Shown here: positions 38,920 through 49,023 of the stretch, piece by piece | How positions within the stretch are numbered: the first letter of the stretch is position 1 | How the letters are laid out: the number at the start of each line of letters is the position of its first letter | Source of the DNA: Armatimonadota bacterium | GTDB taxonomy: Bacteria; Armatimonadota; SYMT01 | Reading direction: 5' to 3' | NCBI GenBank assembly: GCA_041690135.1 | Contig: JAWLHY010000014.1 | Span: forward strand, 78,150 to 142,149 | Length of the DNA stretch: 64,000 nucleotides | Position numbers and translations under genes: made by a program | Notes under the pieces: model-generated | Databases searched by the model: none | What the model saw: only the letters and a program-made list of their open reading frames with translations | Told to the model about the DNA's origin: nothing

Positions 38920-40045
38920 GCACAGGACCCGGTTGACCCGGTGGCGGCTGGTGCTCGGCAGTGGGACGGAAGACCTGCTGGGTGGGCTGCCCAACGAGGC
39001 TACCGAGGCACAGGATGCGTTGCTCGGCTTCCTGTACGACCGCGAGTATGGCTCCGGCCGCAACGTGCGCCAGGGTGGGTCCCGCCCGGGCTCCCTGGAT
39101 GAATCGCAGCTCACGGTCCCCGACTGGATCAACCAGGTCCACGAGCTGTTCCCCCGCAAGACGATCGAGCGCCTGGAGAAGGATGCCCTGGAGCGGTACC
39201 AGCTCGAGGAGATGGTCACCAATCCGGATCTCCTCAGCCGCGCGCAGCCCAGCCCGACCCTGCTGAAGGCCGTGCTCCGGACCAAGCACCTGATGAACCA
39301 GGAAGTGCTGGCGATGGCGCGGAAGCTGGTCCGCAAGGTCATCGAGGAGCTCCTGGAACGGCTGGCCCGTCAGGTCCAGTCCCCCTTCGTGGGCGCCGTC
39401 GACCGCCGCCGTCGCTCGTTCCTCAAGATCGCCAAGAACTTCGACGTCGAGACCACCATCCGGCGCAACCTGCGACACTATGATCCGGAGAACCGGCGCC
39501 TCTGTATCCGCACGCCCTACTTCTACTCGCGCGTGCGAAGGCAGGTGGATAAGTGGCAGATCATCATCCTGGTGGACGAGTCGGGCAGTATGCTCGATAG
39601 CGTGATCCACGCGGCGGTGACCGCCTCGATATTCTTCGGCATCAAGACCCTGCGCACCCACCTGGTCGTCTTCGATACCTCGGTGGTGGACCTCACCGCC
39701 GACTGTTCCGACCCGGTGGAGACGCTGATGAAGGTGCAACTGGGCGGCGGCACCGATATCGGGCAGGCTGTGGCCTACGCCGCTACCCTGGTGGAGAACC
39801 CCCGCCGGACCATCGTGGTCCTGATCACCGACTTCTACGAAGGAGCTCCTGTCCAGCGCCTCTTCAACGCCACCCGCCAACTGGTGGAGAGCGGCGTCAC
39901 CTTCCTGGGCCTCGCCGCCCTCGACGAGTCCGCCAACCCCACTTACGACCGGGAAGTCGCCGGCCGGATGGTTCAGCTCGGAGCCCATGTCGCCGCCATG
40001 ACGCCGGGGGAGCTGGCGGATTGGGTCGCGGAGAAAGTCCGGTGA
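38912..40045 (+). CDS. VWA domain protein (YehP / VWA_CoxE-like)
   Basis: RWRLVLG start; MIDAS DESGSM, GGGTDI and ITDFYEG; overlaps the upstream gene. Confidence 0.92.
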   Translation: MDEHRTRLTRWRLVLGSGTEDLLGGLPNEATEAQDALLGFLYDREYGSGRNVRQGGSRPGSLDESQLTVPDWINQVHELFPRKTIERLEKDALERYQLEEMVTNPDLLSRAQPSPTLLKAVLRTKHLMNQEVLAMARKLVRKVIEELLERLARQVQSPFVGAVDRRRRSFLKIAKNFDVETTIRRNLRHYDPENRRLCIRTPYFYSRVRRQVDKWQIIILVDESGSMLDSVIHAAVTASIFFGIKTLRTHLVVFDTSVVDLTADCSDPVETLMKVQLGGGTDIGQAVAYAATLVENPRRTIVVLITDFYEGAPVQRLFNATRQLVESGVTFLGLAALDESANPTYDREVAGRMVQLGAHVAAMTPGELADWVAEKVR

Positions 40046-42159
40046 TGCGCTCTGACCTCCTCCACCTAACTGAAGATGACCTCGTAACTCTGGCCAACCG
40101 GGGCCTGGTGAAACGGGCGACCCGTGAGATCGAGGCGGGGCAGCCATCGTTCGAGGTGAGCGAGGATGACCAGGGAAATGTGACCGTCCGCTGGTCGGAT
40201 GGGGTGGAGACGGTGCTTCCCGCGGGAGTTGCGCTTGCCGACGCGCGGTGCAGTTGCCCGGCGGTGACCCTGTGCGTCCACCGCGTCCGTGCGGTCCTGG
40301 CCTACCAGCGCAGCGCTTCGGCCGGGGGAGAGGAGTTGCCGGCGGAGCCCGTCAGCGGCGGTGGCGTCGAGCCGGTCCCGGAGACGGCCGTGGAATCGGG
40401 ACAGGAACCGTTCGCGGAAGCTTCTGCCGTACAGCCGCCGGGTGGGGAGCCGTGGGATCCCGGCACGATCCCGGATGAAGAGCTGGCCCGCCACTTCTCA
40501 AAAGTGTCCCTGGCCCGTTCGCGCCGGGAGTTCGACCAGGGGCACGTGGTGGAGCTGGTCCGTAGTGCCAAGCCGTCCGCCCGTATTCATTCTCTCTCCT
40601 GCACCGTCCGTTTCCTGGTGCCCGGCAACCCGGCGTACACGCACTGCGACTGCGCCGAGAAGGCACCCTGCAGTCATGTCCCCCTCGCGGTCTGGGCCTT
40701 CCGAATGCTGGAGGCAGAGAGACCCGGAGGGTTGTTCTCCACGCATAAGGAGATCCTGGCGGTTCCCATGGATCTCCTCGATCATGTGGAGCGCTTCCTC
40801 CTCGACCTGGCGGACGCGGGCATCTCCGGCGCCCCTCAGGCGCTGATGGACCGCTGCCGCCGGCTGGAGATCCGCTGCCGGGAGGCGGGCCTGGTCTGGC
40901 CGGCCGAGATCCTGGCGGAGTTGCTCCAGCAGCATGAATGCTACAGCACCCACGACGCGCGTTTTTCACCGGTGCGCGTGATGGAGCTGGTGGGCGAGCT
41001 CTGTATCCGCGCCGACGCTATCCGCAGCGACACGGGGGCGGTGCCGCAGCTCTTCATCCGGGGGGCGGCCTCGGACCGGGTGACGGAAATGGGCAAGTCG
41101 CAGTTGACCGGGCTCGGCTGTGGAGCCCGCTTCTACCGGGGCGGGGTCGAGGTAGCCGCCTACGCCCAGGATGAAAAGACCGGCTCGGTCGTGGCGATCA
41201 GCCGGGACTTTCCGAACCCGGCCCCGGACTCCGGCTCCGCTCCTCGCGACCTGTGGCAACTGGGCCAGTTTGCTGTGCTCTCCGGAGGCTCTTTTGCCGC
41301 GCTGGGCCGGGGACGCCTCCAGATCGAGGGCGGGAAACGCACCCCCAGTTACCGCTTCTCGGTAGGCCGGAACCGGGCGCAGGTGAACCCCTACGCCTTC
41401 AACTGGGAGTCGCACCTCCGGCCTCCCCTGCTGGCGGAGAGCTTCAGCGAGCTGGCCACGCGGCTGGCTGCGCTGCCCCCGGCCTCCCTGCGGCCCCGGC
41501 GGGTCACCGAGGATCTCCACGTGCTCCCGGTCCGGGCGGTGGCGGCCGCGGAGTTTTCGGAGCCGGACCAGGAGGTGCGCGCCATCCTGCTCGATGCGGC
41601 TGAGAACCAGGCGCTGCTGCTCCATCCCTACACCTCGCGCGGGAAAGAAGGCGCCGAGGCGCTCCTCGCCACGCTTACCCACCGGGGCACGAGCGTGCGC
41701 TTTGTCGCCGGTCACGTCCGCCCGCGGGGAGCAGGCCTGGTCATCCACCCGATAGCCCTGGTGTTGGAAGAGGAGAAGGGCCGCACCATGCTCCAGCCGT
41801 GGGTGGACCGGTTCGATCAGGGTGCCGAGTTGCCCCCGCCGGAGCCGGAGGAAGATGAGCTCCCGGGGCCGGTCGAACCGTGGCGGCATTACCTGCGCCA
41901 TCTGGGCGATGCACTGGGGGAACTACTCCTGGTGGGCCTCCGCCGGGCGGACGGTCACTCGGCGCGCGTGTGGGGTGAGCTCTACCGCCACGGCGCGGGG
42001 CTGGGCTTTGTCCGGTTCGTGGAGCCGGTCGAGCGGCTTGCAAGTCTGCTGGCGGAGAAGGAGCGGACGCTCCACTGGGAGAAAGGTTCTGCCGCGGCTG
42101 TATCCCTGCTGCATGCCGCCGTGCTGACGCAACTGGCCCAGGAAGAGCTGATCGCCTGA
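40045..42159 (+). CDS. SWIM zinc-finger protein (YehQ-like), two SWIM motifs
   Basis: MRSDLL..L..LANRGLVKRA; CSCPAVTLCVH and CDCAEKAPCSH; TGATG coupling to the VWA gene. Confidence 0.88.
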   Translation: MRSDLLHLTEDDLVTLANRGLVKRATREIEAGQPSFEVSEDDQGNVTVRWSDGVETVLPAGVALADARCSCPAVTLCVHRVRAVLAYQRSASAGGEELPAEPVSGGGVEPVPETAVESGQEPFAEASAVQPPGGEPWDPGTIPDEELARHFSKVSLARSRREFDQGHVVELVRSAKPSARIHSLSCTVRFLVPGNPAYTHCDCAEKAPCSHVPLAVWAFRMLEAERPGGLFSTHKEILAVPMDLLDHVERFLLDLADAGISGAPQALMDRCRRLEIRCREAGLVWPAEILAELLQQHECYSTHDARFSPVRVMELVGELCIRADAIRSDTGAVPQLFIRGAASDRVTEMGKSQLTGLGCGARFYRGGVEVAAYAQDEKTGSVVAISRDFPNPAPDSGSAPRDLWQLGQFAVLSGGSFAALGRGRLQIEGGKRTPSYRFSVGRNRAQVNPYAFNWESHLRPPLLAESFSELATRLAALPPASLRPRRVTEDLHVLPVRAVAAAEFSEPDQEVRAILLDAAENQALLLHPYTSRGKEGAEALLATLTHRGTSVRFVAGHVRPRGAGLVIHPIALVLEEEKGRTMLQPWVDRFDQGAELPPPEPEEDELPGPVEPWRHYLRHLGDALGELLLVGLRRADGHSARVWGELYRHGAGLGFVRFVEPVERLASLLAEKERTLHWEKGSAAAVSLLHAAVLTQLAQEELIA

Positions 42160-42165
42160 ACTCCC

Positions 42166-42912
42166 ATGCCTCCCCTCCCTTTCCCTTACTCCGCCATCAC
42201 CCACGCGCACCGCCTCGCGGTGGACCGCAAGATCCAGCTCGACCGCACGCAGATGGAAGCGCTGAAGTTCCGGCAGGTGAACGTGAAGGAAGCCTTCACG
42301 CTTCAGGGGCCGGACGGCCAGTTCTACCGGGCGAGTCTCGTCTCCGCGGGACCCCGGGGTGGGGAGGCGCTGGTTTACGAGCAGATGCCCGTAAGCCCCG
42401 AGTCGCCGCTCGACCTGACGCTGGTCTGCGCGGTCCTGAACCGGCAGCGTATGTTGCTGGTGGCGCAGAAGGCGACCGAGCTGGGAGCCACCCGGATTCA
42501 ACCGGTGTTCACCGCGCACTCCGTCGGTCCGGAGGGGCTAGAGCACGAGAAGGCCCACGCCTGGCCGGGCGCCGCGCTGCGGGCGGTGCGCCAGTGCCGG
42601 CGCGCCACGGTGCCCCAACTCCTGCCGGCAGTTCCCCTTCAGGAGGTGCTGGCCGCCGAGTTCTGGACGAGCGCCCCGGTCCGCTTCTACCTGGACGACC
42701 GGGCGGAGCGGAGCGGCCGGATGGTGCGAGGGCCGGAAGCCACTTGCCTCGCCGTGGGCCCGGAAGGGGGCTGGTCGGAGGAAGAGCGGGATCTCCTTCG
42801 AAGCGCCGGTGCGGAACCCCTGCTCCTGGGAGGGCGGATCCTTCGCGCGGAGACGGCGGTACTCGTGGGCCTGAGCCTCGTCCAGCATCGCATGGGAGAC
42901 CTGAAGCCTTAA
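42166..42912 (+). CDS. rsmE: RsmE family 16S rRNA m3U1498 methyltransferase
   Basis: QKATELG, VGPEGGWS and LGGRILRAETA (SPOUT) motifs. Confidence 0.88.
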   Translation: MPPLPFPYSAITHAHRLAVDRKIQLDRTQMEALKFRQVNVKEAFTLQGPDGQFYRASLVSAGPRGGEALVYEQMPVSPESPLDLTLVCAVLNRQRMLLVAQKATELGATRIQPVFTAHSVGPEGLEHEKAHAWPGAALRAVRQCRRATVPQLLPAVPLQEVLAAEFWTSAPVRFYLDDRAERSGRMVRGPEATCLAVGPEGGWSEEERDLLRSAGAEPLLLGGRILRAETAVLVGLSLVQHRMGDLKP

Positions 42913-42914
42913 AG

Positions 42915-43955
42915 TCAAAGGGTGACCGGAGTTCCGGACCGCAGCGAGGCCTCTCCGGCCGCGCTGACGGCGGTGGCTGCGCCGGCTACCTGGAGGTCGG
43001 CCAAGGGTGGCTCTCCCGTGCGGATGCAGCGGACCCAGGACTCCAGCGCTTCCAGCGAGCCGGGGAAGCCGTCGAAGCGGTAGTCCGGCGGGCGGGGTGG
43101 TGAGAGGTCCTCCGGTTCGGGTTCCCCGCGCTGCCAGAGTAGCAACTGGCCGCCGATGATCTCCCCTTCCAGGCGCGCCTCCGTCCCCACCACATGCAGC
43201 CGGATTTCGTTGCGCGCCGCGGCGAAGACCGTGAGGCCCAGTTGCGCCTGGACCTCGTTGTCGAACTCGACCGTGCAGGAAAGATAGTCCGGCAGCACGC
43301 CGCCTAGCACCTTGCCGCCTGTGGCATAGACCTGCCGGGGCCGGCCTCCGGAGAGGGCATTGAACAGGTCGAGGTAGTGGATTCCCAACTCCAGCAGCAT
43401 GCCGCCGGCGAGGCTGGGGTCACTCCGCCAGCCGCGCGGGCCGCCCCAGTCTCGCATCAGAAGGCAGGACAGCAGCTTCGGTGCGCCGATCCGCCCTGCG
43501 GTGACCGCTTCGACCATGCTCCGCACCACGTCGCTGTAGCGAAGCTCCAGACCGGCCTGGAAGACCGTTCTCGCGTGTGCGAGCGCTGTCTCGATCCGCC
43601 GGATTCCCTCCGGAGAAAGGGCGACCGGCTTCTCGCAGTAGACGTGTTTCCCCCGGTCCAGCGCGGCCACGGCCAGTTCCGCGTGCGTGTGGTTCGGCGT
43701 GCAGACGAGGACCGCGTCGATCTCCGGGTCTTCCATCAGGTCCAGCGGGTCCTCATAGAAACAGAGCGGACCACCCCACGCCTCCCGGGCCTGGGCCCGG
43801 CGCTCCAGGTCGTTGGAAGACACGGAGATCACCTTTACCCCCGGAATCCGCCGCAGGTTGGGGAGGTGGACCGTGCGCGTCCAGTTGCCCGCTCCCAGGA
43901 CGCCGATGCGGAGGAGGCTTTTCTCGCCGGTGTCACTCATCGGAAGGACTTCCAT
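42915..43955 (-). CDS. Gfo/Idh/MocA family oxidoreductase
   Basis: IGVLGAG, TPNHTH, GKHVYCEKP and GGMLLELGIHYLD motifs. Confidence 0.93.
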   Translation of the reverse strand: MEVLPMSDTGEKSLLRIGVLGAGNWTRTVHLPNLRRIPGVKVISVSSNDLERRAQAREAWGGPLCFYEDPLDLMEDPEIDAVLVCTPNHTHAELAVAALDRGKHVYCEKPVALSPEGIRRIETALAHARTVFQAGLELRYSDVVRSMVEAVTAGRIGAPKLLSCLLMRDWGGPRGWRSDPSLAGGMLLELGIHYLDLFNALSGGRPRQVYATGGKVLGGVLPDYLSCTVEFDNEVQAQLGLTVFAAARNEIRLHVVGTEARLEGEIIGGQLLLWQRGEPEPEDLSPPRPPDYRFDGFPGSLEALESWVRCIRTGEPPLADLQVAGAATAVSAAGEASLRSGTPVTL

Positions 43956-44000
43956 GGGAAAAGGCCACCCCGCGCGGGAGTGGCCTTCATCAGTGCGTAT

Positions 44001-44195
44001 TCAAACTGTCGCGTCGGGTTTCAGCCGCTGGAGATCCTGTTTGATCTGCTCGATCCGTTCGAAACAGTCATCGATAATCGCCGGGACCTGTTCCAGCTCT
44101 CTGTCAGCCTTGGCCTTCCGCGCAATCACGGCTACCACGGTGGCGGCCGCTCCCACCGCAACCGCGGCGTAGAGAAGGTAAGCCCACCTGTTCAT
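44001..44195 (-). CDS. Small membrane-anchored protein
   Basis: 64 aa; N-terminal TM segment then amphipathic helix; GAAGG upstream. Confidence 0.6.
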   Translation of the reverse strand: MNRWAYLLYAAVAVGAAATVVAVIARKAKADRELEQVPAIIDDCFERIEQIKQDLQRLKPDATV

Positions 44196-44246
44196 TCGCC
44201 TTCTGGTCTTCCTAGAATCCCTACAGCCCCGGGCAAAATCGCCGGC

Positions 44247-44660
44247 TTACAGCTTGTAGCGCGCGCCGCCGCCTACTTCGGGGGAACTGCTCAGGCTGTC
44301 GAAGATGCGCTTGACGAACGTCAGCAACTCCATCGGGTTGAACGGCTTCGTCAGGTAACAGTCGACACCGGACTGCCAGCCGCGGAAAACGTCCGCGTCC
44401 TGCGCCTTCGCCGTGAGCATGATCACCGGAATATCGCGGGTCGTTTCGTCGGCCTTGAGGTTCTTCAGGACCTCGAAGCCGTCCATGTAGGGCATCATAA
44501 CGTCCAGCACGACGAGGTCGGGATTCTCGGACTTGACCTTCTCGAGAGCTTCCTTCCCATCGTAGGCCGTTACCACCTCGTAACCGGCGCGCTGCAGGTT
44601 GACCTCGACCAGTCGTACGATGTGGCGTTCGTCATCTACCGCCAGGATCTTCTTGGGCAT
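44247..44660 (-). CDS. Single-domain response regulator (receiver only)
   Basis: ILAVDDE, LDVMMP, MLTAK and YLTKPF motifs. Confidence 0.95.
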   Translation of the reverse strand: MPKKILAVDDERHIVRLVEVNLQRAGYEVVTAYDGKEALEKVKSENPDLVVLDVMMPYMDGFEVLKNLKADETTRDIPVIMLTAKAQDADVFRGWQSGVDCYLTKPFNPMELLTFVKRIFDSLSSSPEVGGGARYKL

Positions 44661-45139
44661 TTCAGCGTATCTCCATCCCTGCGGACAGCTTACCACGGGG
44701 CCGGTGCGGCGTCAACGAAAGCCGCCCCCCGGGGGAGCAAGCGCCAGTGGCTGCTGTACTGTTTTAGCTCTATTCACTGTCCTTTTGCCACATTCCTGCG
44801 TGCCCGTGGGGAGAGGAAACGAGGGCTGATCTGCGACCGAGCCTGCGGAGGCGGCCGGCGCCGGCTGAACCAGGACAGTCGGCAGAACGAGGCGTTCCTG
44901 AATGCGACGTGATCGACCTGCCATGGGTGTTGACGCGGAGAAGGGAGGCTGAAGTTCCCCAGATCCTGCCTACTTAGGTCCTTTAAGGAAAGGGGGTCCG
45001 GGTACGCACGAGGCGGGGGTGTCCGCAGCCGAACGCTCCCGCCTTCCACTTGCACGGTTACCGGAATGGCGGCCCCCATTCCCCCAATCATTCCCCTTCT
45101 CCCATTCGCACGGGCGACCCGGAGCAATCCGCGGGAACA

Positions 45140-46318
45140 CTACCGCTGGAACCGCCCCAGGTTCATGAAGTTCATCCCCGCGGGTGGAGTAGCGGGCTGC
45201 TGCGGCGCGCCCAGGCCCATTCCCATGCCATCTTTGCCCATCGGGTCGGGTCCACCGATGCCGCCTTCGCGCATGTACTTCAGGAACGCTTCCTTGTCCG
45301 GGGCTTTGATCATCGCCTCTTCCTGCGTGACCCGGCCCTGGATAACCAGCTCGCTCAGGGATTGTTCCAGCGTCTGCATCCCTTCCTTGACCCCCGTCTG
45401 GATCACGGAAGGAAGCTGGAAGGTCTTCCCCTCGCGGATGAGGTTGCGCACGGCCGGCGTGGAGACCAGGATCTCGACGGCGGCGGCCCGGCCTTTTCCG
45501 TTGGCGGTCTTCAACAGGGTCTGGGCGACGACGCCGCGGATGGACTCCGAGAGCTGCGCGCGGATCTGCGCCTGCTGATGCGATGGGAAGACGTCGATGA
45601 TACGGTCGATCGTCTGCGCGGCGCTGCTGGTGTGCAGGGTGCCGAAGACCAGGTGTCCGGTTTCCGCCGCCGATACCGCCAGCGAGATCGTTTCCAGGTC
45701 GCGCATTTCACCGACGAGGATCACGTCCGGGTCTTCGCGGAGGGCGGCGCGGAGCGCGGTGGCGAAGGAGATCGTATGCGGCCCCACTTCCCGCTGGTTC
45801 ACCACGCACTGCTTGTGGGGATGAACAAATTCGATCGGGTCTTCCACCGTCAGGATGTGGCCGTGGCGAGTGCAGTTGATCTGGTCGATCAGCGCGGCCA
45901 GGGTAGTCGATTTGCCCGAACCGGTGGGACCGGTCACCAGCACCAACCCCCGTTCGTACTCCGCCAGCTTGCTGACGATGGGGGGCAGCCCCAGGTCCTC
46001 CACCGACATGATCCGCGAGGGGATGACGCGAAACACGGCTCCCACCCCCTGGTGACCCATGAAGCCGTTGACCCGGAAGCGACCCGCTTCGCCGAAGTCG
46101 AGGGAGAAGTCGATATCGTGCGTCTCCTCGAACTTCGCGCGCTGCCGGTCGTTCATGATCTGGTACACCAGCTCGTGCGTCTCATCCCGGGTGAGCGGCG
46201 GGTAGTTCATCGGCTCGATCTCGCCGTGGACGCGCACTGCCGGCGGGAGCCCGACCGTGATGTGGAGGTCGGAGGCCCGGTTCTCCAGGGTATAGATCAA
46301 CAGTTCGGAAATATCCAT
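45140..46318 (-). CDS. pilT: Type IV pilus retraction ATPase PilT
   Basis: GPTGSGKSTT, TVEDPIE, LREDPDVILVGEMRD, TGHLVFGTLH and AVRNLIRE motifs. Confidence 0.95.
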   Translation of the reverse strand: MDISELLIYTLENRASDLHITVGLPPAVRVHGEIEPMNYPPLTRDETHELVYQIMNDRQRAKFEETHDIDFSLDFGEAGRFRVNGFMGHQGVGAVFRVIPSRIMSVEDLGLPPIVSKLAEYERGLVLVTGPTGSGKSTTLAALIDQINCTRHGHILTVEDPIEFVHPHKQCVVNQREVGPHTISFATALRAALREDPDVILVGEMRDLETISLAVSAAETGHLVFGTLHTSSAAQTIDRIIDVFPSHQQAQIRAQLSESIRGVVAQTLLKTANGKGRAAAVEILVSTPAVRNLIREGKTFQLPSVIQTGVKEGMQTLEQSLSELVIQGRVTQEEAMIKAPDKEAFLKYMREGGIGGPDPMGKDGMGMGLGAPQQPATPPAGMNFMNLGRFQR

Positions 46319-46335
46319 AGAACCCTCGTTTCAGG

Positions 46336-47409
46336 CTACCGGTTGGCAGAGACGAAACCGCGCATCTTGAGGCGCAGGTCATTGGGGCTGTCGGCGGCGA
46401 GCAGGGCCGACTCCTGGTCGATGAGGCCGGCCTCGTACAGCTTGTAGACCGACTGGTCGAAGGTGATCATTCCGTCACGGTCCCCCGCGGCGATGGCCAT
46501 CTTCAGATCTCCGATCTCGCCGCGTTTCAGCAGTTCGCGCACGCGCGGTGTTCCCAGCAGGATCTCGAGCGCCAGGTAGCGACGCCCGGTGCTGCCGCGA
46601 ATGAGACGCTGGGAGACGATGCCGCGCAGGTTAAAGGCCAGCAGGGCGTAGATTTCCGGATGCCGGTCGGCCGGGAAAAACTGGAGGACACGTTCGACCG
46701 ACTGGTTCGCATTCGTGCTGTGCAGGGTACCGAGCACCAGGTGGCCCGTTTCCGAAAGATGGATGGCCGTTTCGGCGCATTCCGCGTCCCGGATCTCGCC
46801 CATCAGCAGCACGTCGGGTGCCTGGCGGAGGGCCGCCTTCAAGGCGTCGTGGAACGTATCGACGTCCGATCCCACCTCTCGCTGGCTGACGACACAGCTC
46901 TTGTCGGGGTGGAGAAATTCGATCGGGTCCTCAATGGTCACGATGTGGCCCTGGCTGTTCTGGTTGCGGTGATCGACCATGGCGGCCAGGGTGGTGGACT
47001 TCCCGCTGCCGGTGGCGCCGGTCACCAGCACCAGCCCGCGCGGCTGCATCACCAGCTCTTTCAGCACGTCCGGCAGGCCCAACTCGTCGGCGGTCGGTAC
47101 CACGGTGTTGATGCGCCGGTAGACCATGGCCACGGTGCCACGCTGGCGGTAGCAGTTGCCGCGGAACCGGCCGCCATCGGGAATGGCGTAGCCGAAATCG
47201 ACCTGATTGTGGTCCAGGAAGTACTGATAGTCCTTGGGCCGGAGTACCTGTCGCGCCGCCTCCTCCATTTCTTCCGGAGTGACGGGCGGGTGCGCCTCCA
47301 CGGGCAGCGCGCGCCCGGCGATCTTGTAGGTGGGGGGAATGGGGGGCTTCAGGAAGAGGTCCGAAGCGTTCAGACCTTCCATCTGCGACAGCAGTTTGTC
47401 GATATCCAT
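46336..47409 (-). CDS. pilU: PilT/PilU family ATPase (PilU-like)
   Basis: GATGSGKSTT, TIEDPIE and LRQAPDVLLMGEIRD; lacks the AIRNLIRE motif. Confidence 0.85.
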   Translation of the reverse strand: MDIDKLLSQMEGLNASDLFLKPPIPPTYKIAGRALPVEAHPPVTPEEMEEAARQVLRPKDYQYFLDHNQVDFGYAIPDGGRFRGNCYRQRGTVAMVYRRINTVVPTADELGLPDVLKELVMQPRGLVLVTGATGSGKSTTLAAMVDHRNQNSQGHIVTIEDPIEFLHPDKSCVVSQREVGSDVDTFHDALKAALRQAPDVLLMGEIRDAECAETAIHLSETGHLVLGTLHSTNANQSVERVLQFFPADRHPEIYALLAFNLRGIVSQRLIRGSTGRRYLALEILLGTPRVRELLKRGEIGDLKMAIAAGDRDGMITFDQSVYKLYEAGLIDQESALLAADSPNDLRLKMRGFVSANR

Positions 47410-47486
47410 CGGTTGCTAAGCCTCGTGCGGTGGTGGGGGATGGCCCGGAACACCATTATCGGCAAGCAGACCGGCGGCTAAAGGCG

Positions 47487-48800
47487 TTATTCTCCAATAC
47501 CCGTTCGGGAAGCGACGCGGGGCCGGGTGAGCCGGGCGCGGGCCTCGGCTACGGAGGGCGCCGGCGCCACCTCGGTGCCGGAGTAGTAGTGGCGGATGAT
47601 CTCCTCGAACGGCAGGCCCTGACGACCCATCCCGTTTGCGCCGAACTGGCACAGGCCCACGCCGTGACCGTAGCCCCGTCCCTCGAGTTCCACGCCCTTT
47701 TCACCCTCGCGAACTTCGAACTTGAGACTCTTGACCACCGAGAGCCCCAGCATCCGCCGCCACTGCTCGCCGGAGAACCGCTTCAGGAGCGCGGAGTCGG
47801 ACATCGCGGGCAGCTTGAGCATCCCCGACATCGTCGCGTTGGGCGTCTCGGCGGGGTCCGCGGCCGGAGCTACGGTACCGGCCGGCCCCAGGTGCAGCAA
47901 GCGGACGCGTCCGCTTTCCGTAAGGTCGGCCACCTCCAGGCGGAGCTCCGGGTGGGAGCGCCCGAAGAGAGTGCGGAGCCGCTCGGGAGTGAGTGTTACT
48001 TTCCACCGGTGCGAGCGGTTGACGGCGCAATACGGCTCGCCCTGCGGCTCGGGGGCATCCTCCACGGGCCGCAGGTACGGCAGCGGCCGGGCGCCCTTCC
48101 AGGCATTCTCGTTGGCCTCGGTGTAACCGCCGCAGTCCGAGCTGTAAACCGCGTCGATCACCTCGCCGTCGTAGAGGGCGCAGAGCCCCCGGGTGGCCGC
48201 CACGGCCTCCTTGATGCTGGCCGCCACGCTGCCGATGCCCTTGTACACCTGGCAGTGCGTGGTGTCGCAGAGATCGTTCTTGCCGAGAAACGCCTTGCGA
48301 TAGCTGTAGGAGCGCGCGGCGATCGCCATTGCCCGGATAGCTTCCGGATGGAACAGCGCGGGGCACTCCCCGCACAACACGCCCTCCGTATAGCGGTCCA
48401 GGTCGCACTCGTTGGCCAGGCTCAGCCGCCCGCCGGAAGCGGAGACCAGCAGGGCGCCGGGGTACACCCGCTTCGCCTTGCCCGCTTCGACCGCCAGGGC
48501 TTCCGCTTCGACCCGGAAAGTCGCGGATTTCTTATCCCCCCACACCACCTGCTTCCCGGAGGCAGCGAGCACGAGCTTTTCGCCCGCCGCTGTGGCTTCG
48601 CCCGCCTCGCCCAAGGTTACCCGCAGCCCACCCGCGGCGGTGAGCGTGATTCGGGAAGGGCTGCCGAGGGCCGTGAGACGTACCTTTACGGGAGGGAGAG
48701 CGGCGGGAACGGCTACGGGTTCCGGCTCTTCCTGGGCTCCAATGCCGGCGGCGACCAGGCAGAGGAGTGCGGAGGGGATCAGAAGTGGGCGAAAACGCAT
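47487..48800 (-). CDS. SpoIID/LytB domain lytic transglycosylase
   Basis: Signal peptide; GVLCGE, AIAARSY, DTTHCQVY and GRGYGHGVGLCQFGA motifs. Confidence 0.92.
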   Translation of the reverse strand: MRFRPLLIPSALLCLVAAGIGAQEEPEPVAVPAALPPVKVRLTALGSPSRITLTAAGGLRVTLGEAGEATAAGEKLVLAASGKQVVWGDKKSATFRVEAEALAVEAGKAKRVYPGALLVSASGGRLSLANECDLDRYTEGVLCGECPALFHPEAIRAMAIAARSYSYRKAFLGKNDLCDTTHCQVYKGIGSVAASIKEAVAATRGLCALYDGEVIDAVYSSDCGGYTEANENAWKGARPLPYLRPVEDAPEPQGEPYCAVNRSHRWKVTLTPERLRTLFGRSHPELRLEVADLTESGRVRLLHLGPAGTVAPAADPAETPNATMSGMLKLPAMSDSALLKRFSGEQWRRMLGLSVVKSLKFEVREGEKGVELEGRGYGHGVGLCQFGANGMGRQGLPFEEIIRHYYSGTEVAPAPSVAEARARLTRPRVASRTGIGE

Positions 48801-49023
48801 AACAGCCATTCGTCTCGCAAGGGATCGGGCGGGTGATCGGGCGGGTGATCGGCCAGGGGAAAGACCGGACCCGGGTGCTAATTCGAACCACCGGCAAGCG
48901 GGATGCCGCCCTTTATTCTTGTCGGCGGGTGGCTGTTTTCCCTCCAGGCGGAGAAATGGCGGGGACGCCTCTACCTTTCGTAGGGAGATCCGGCCTTCGG
49001 AAGTAGGGGAGTGTCGCGCCTGG

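Noticed and set aside
48823-48852. GATCGGGCGGGT 12-mer direct repeat upstream of the SpoIID gene as a regulator site
   Set aside because: Only 2.5 copies in GC-rich DNA with no other support.
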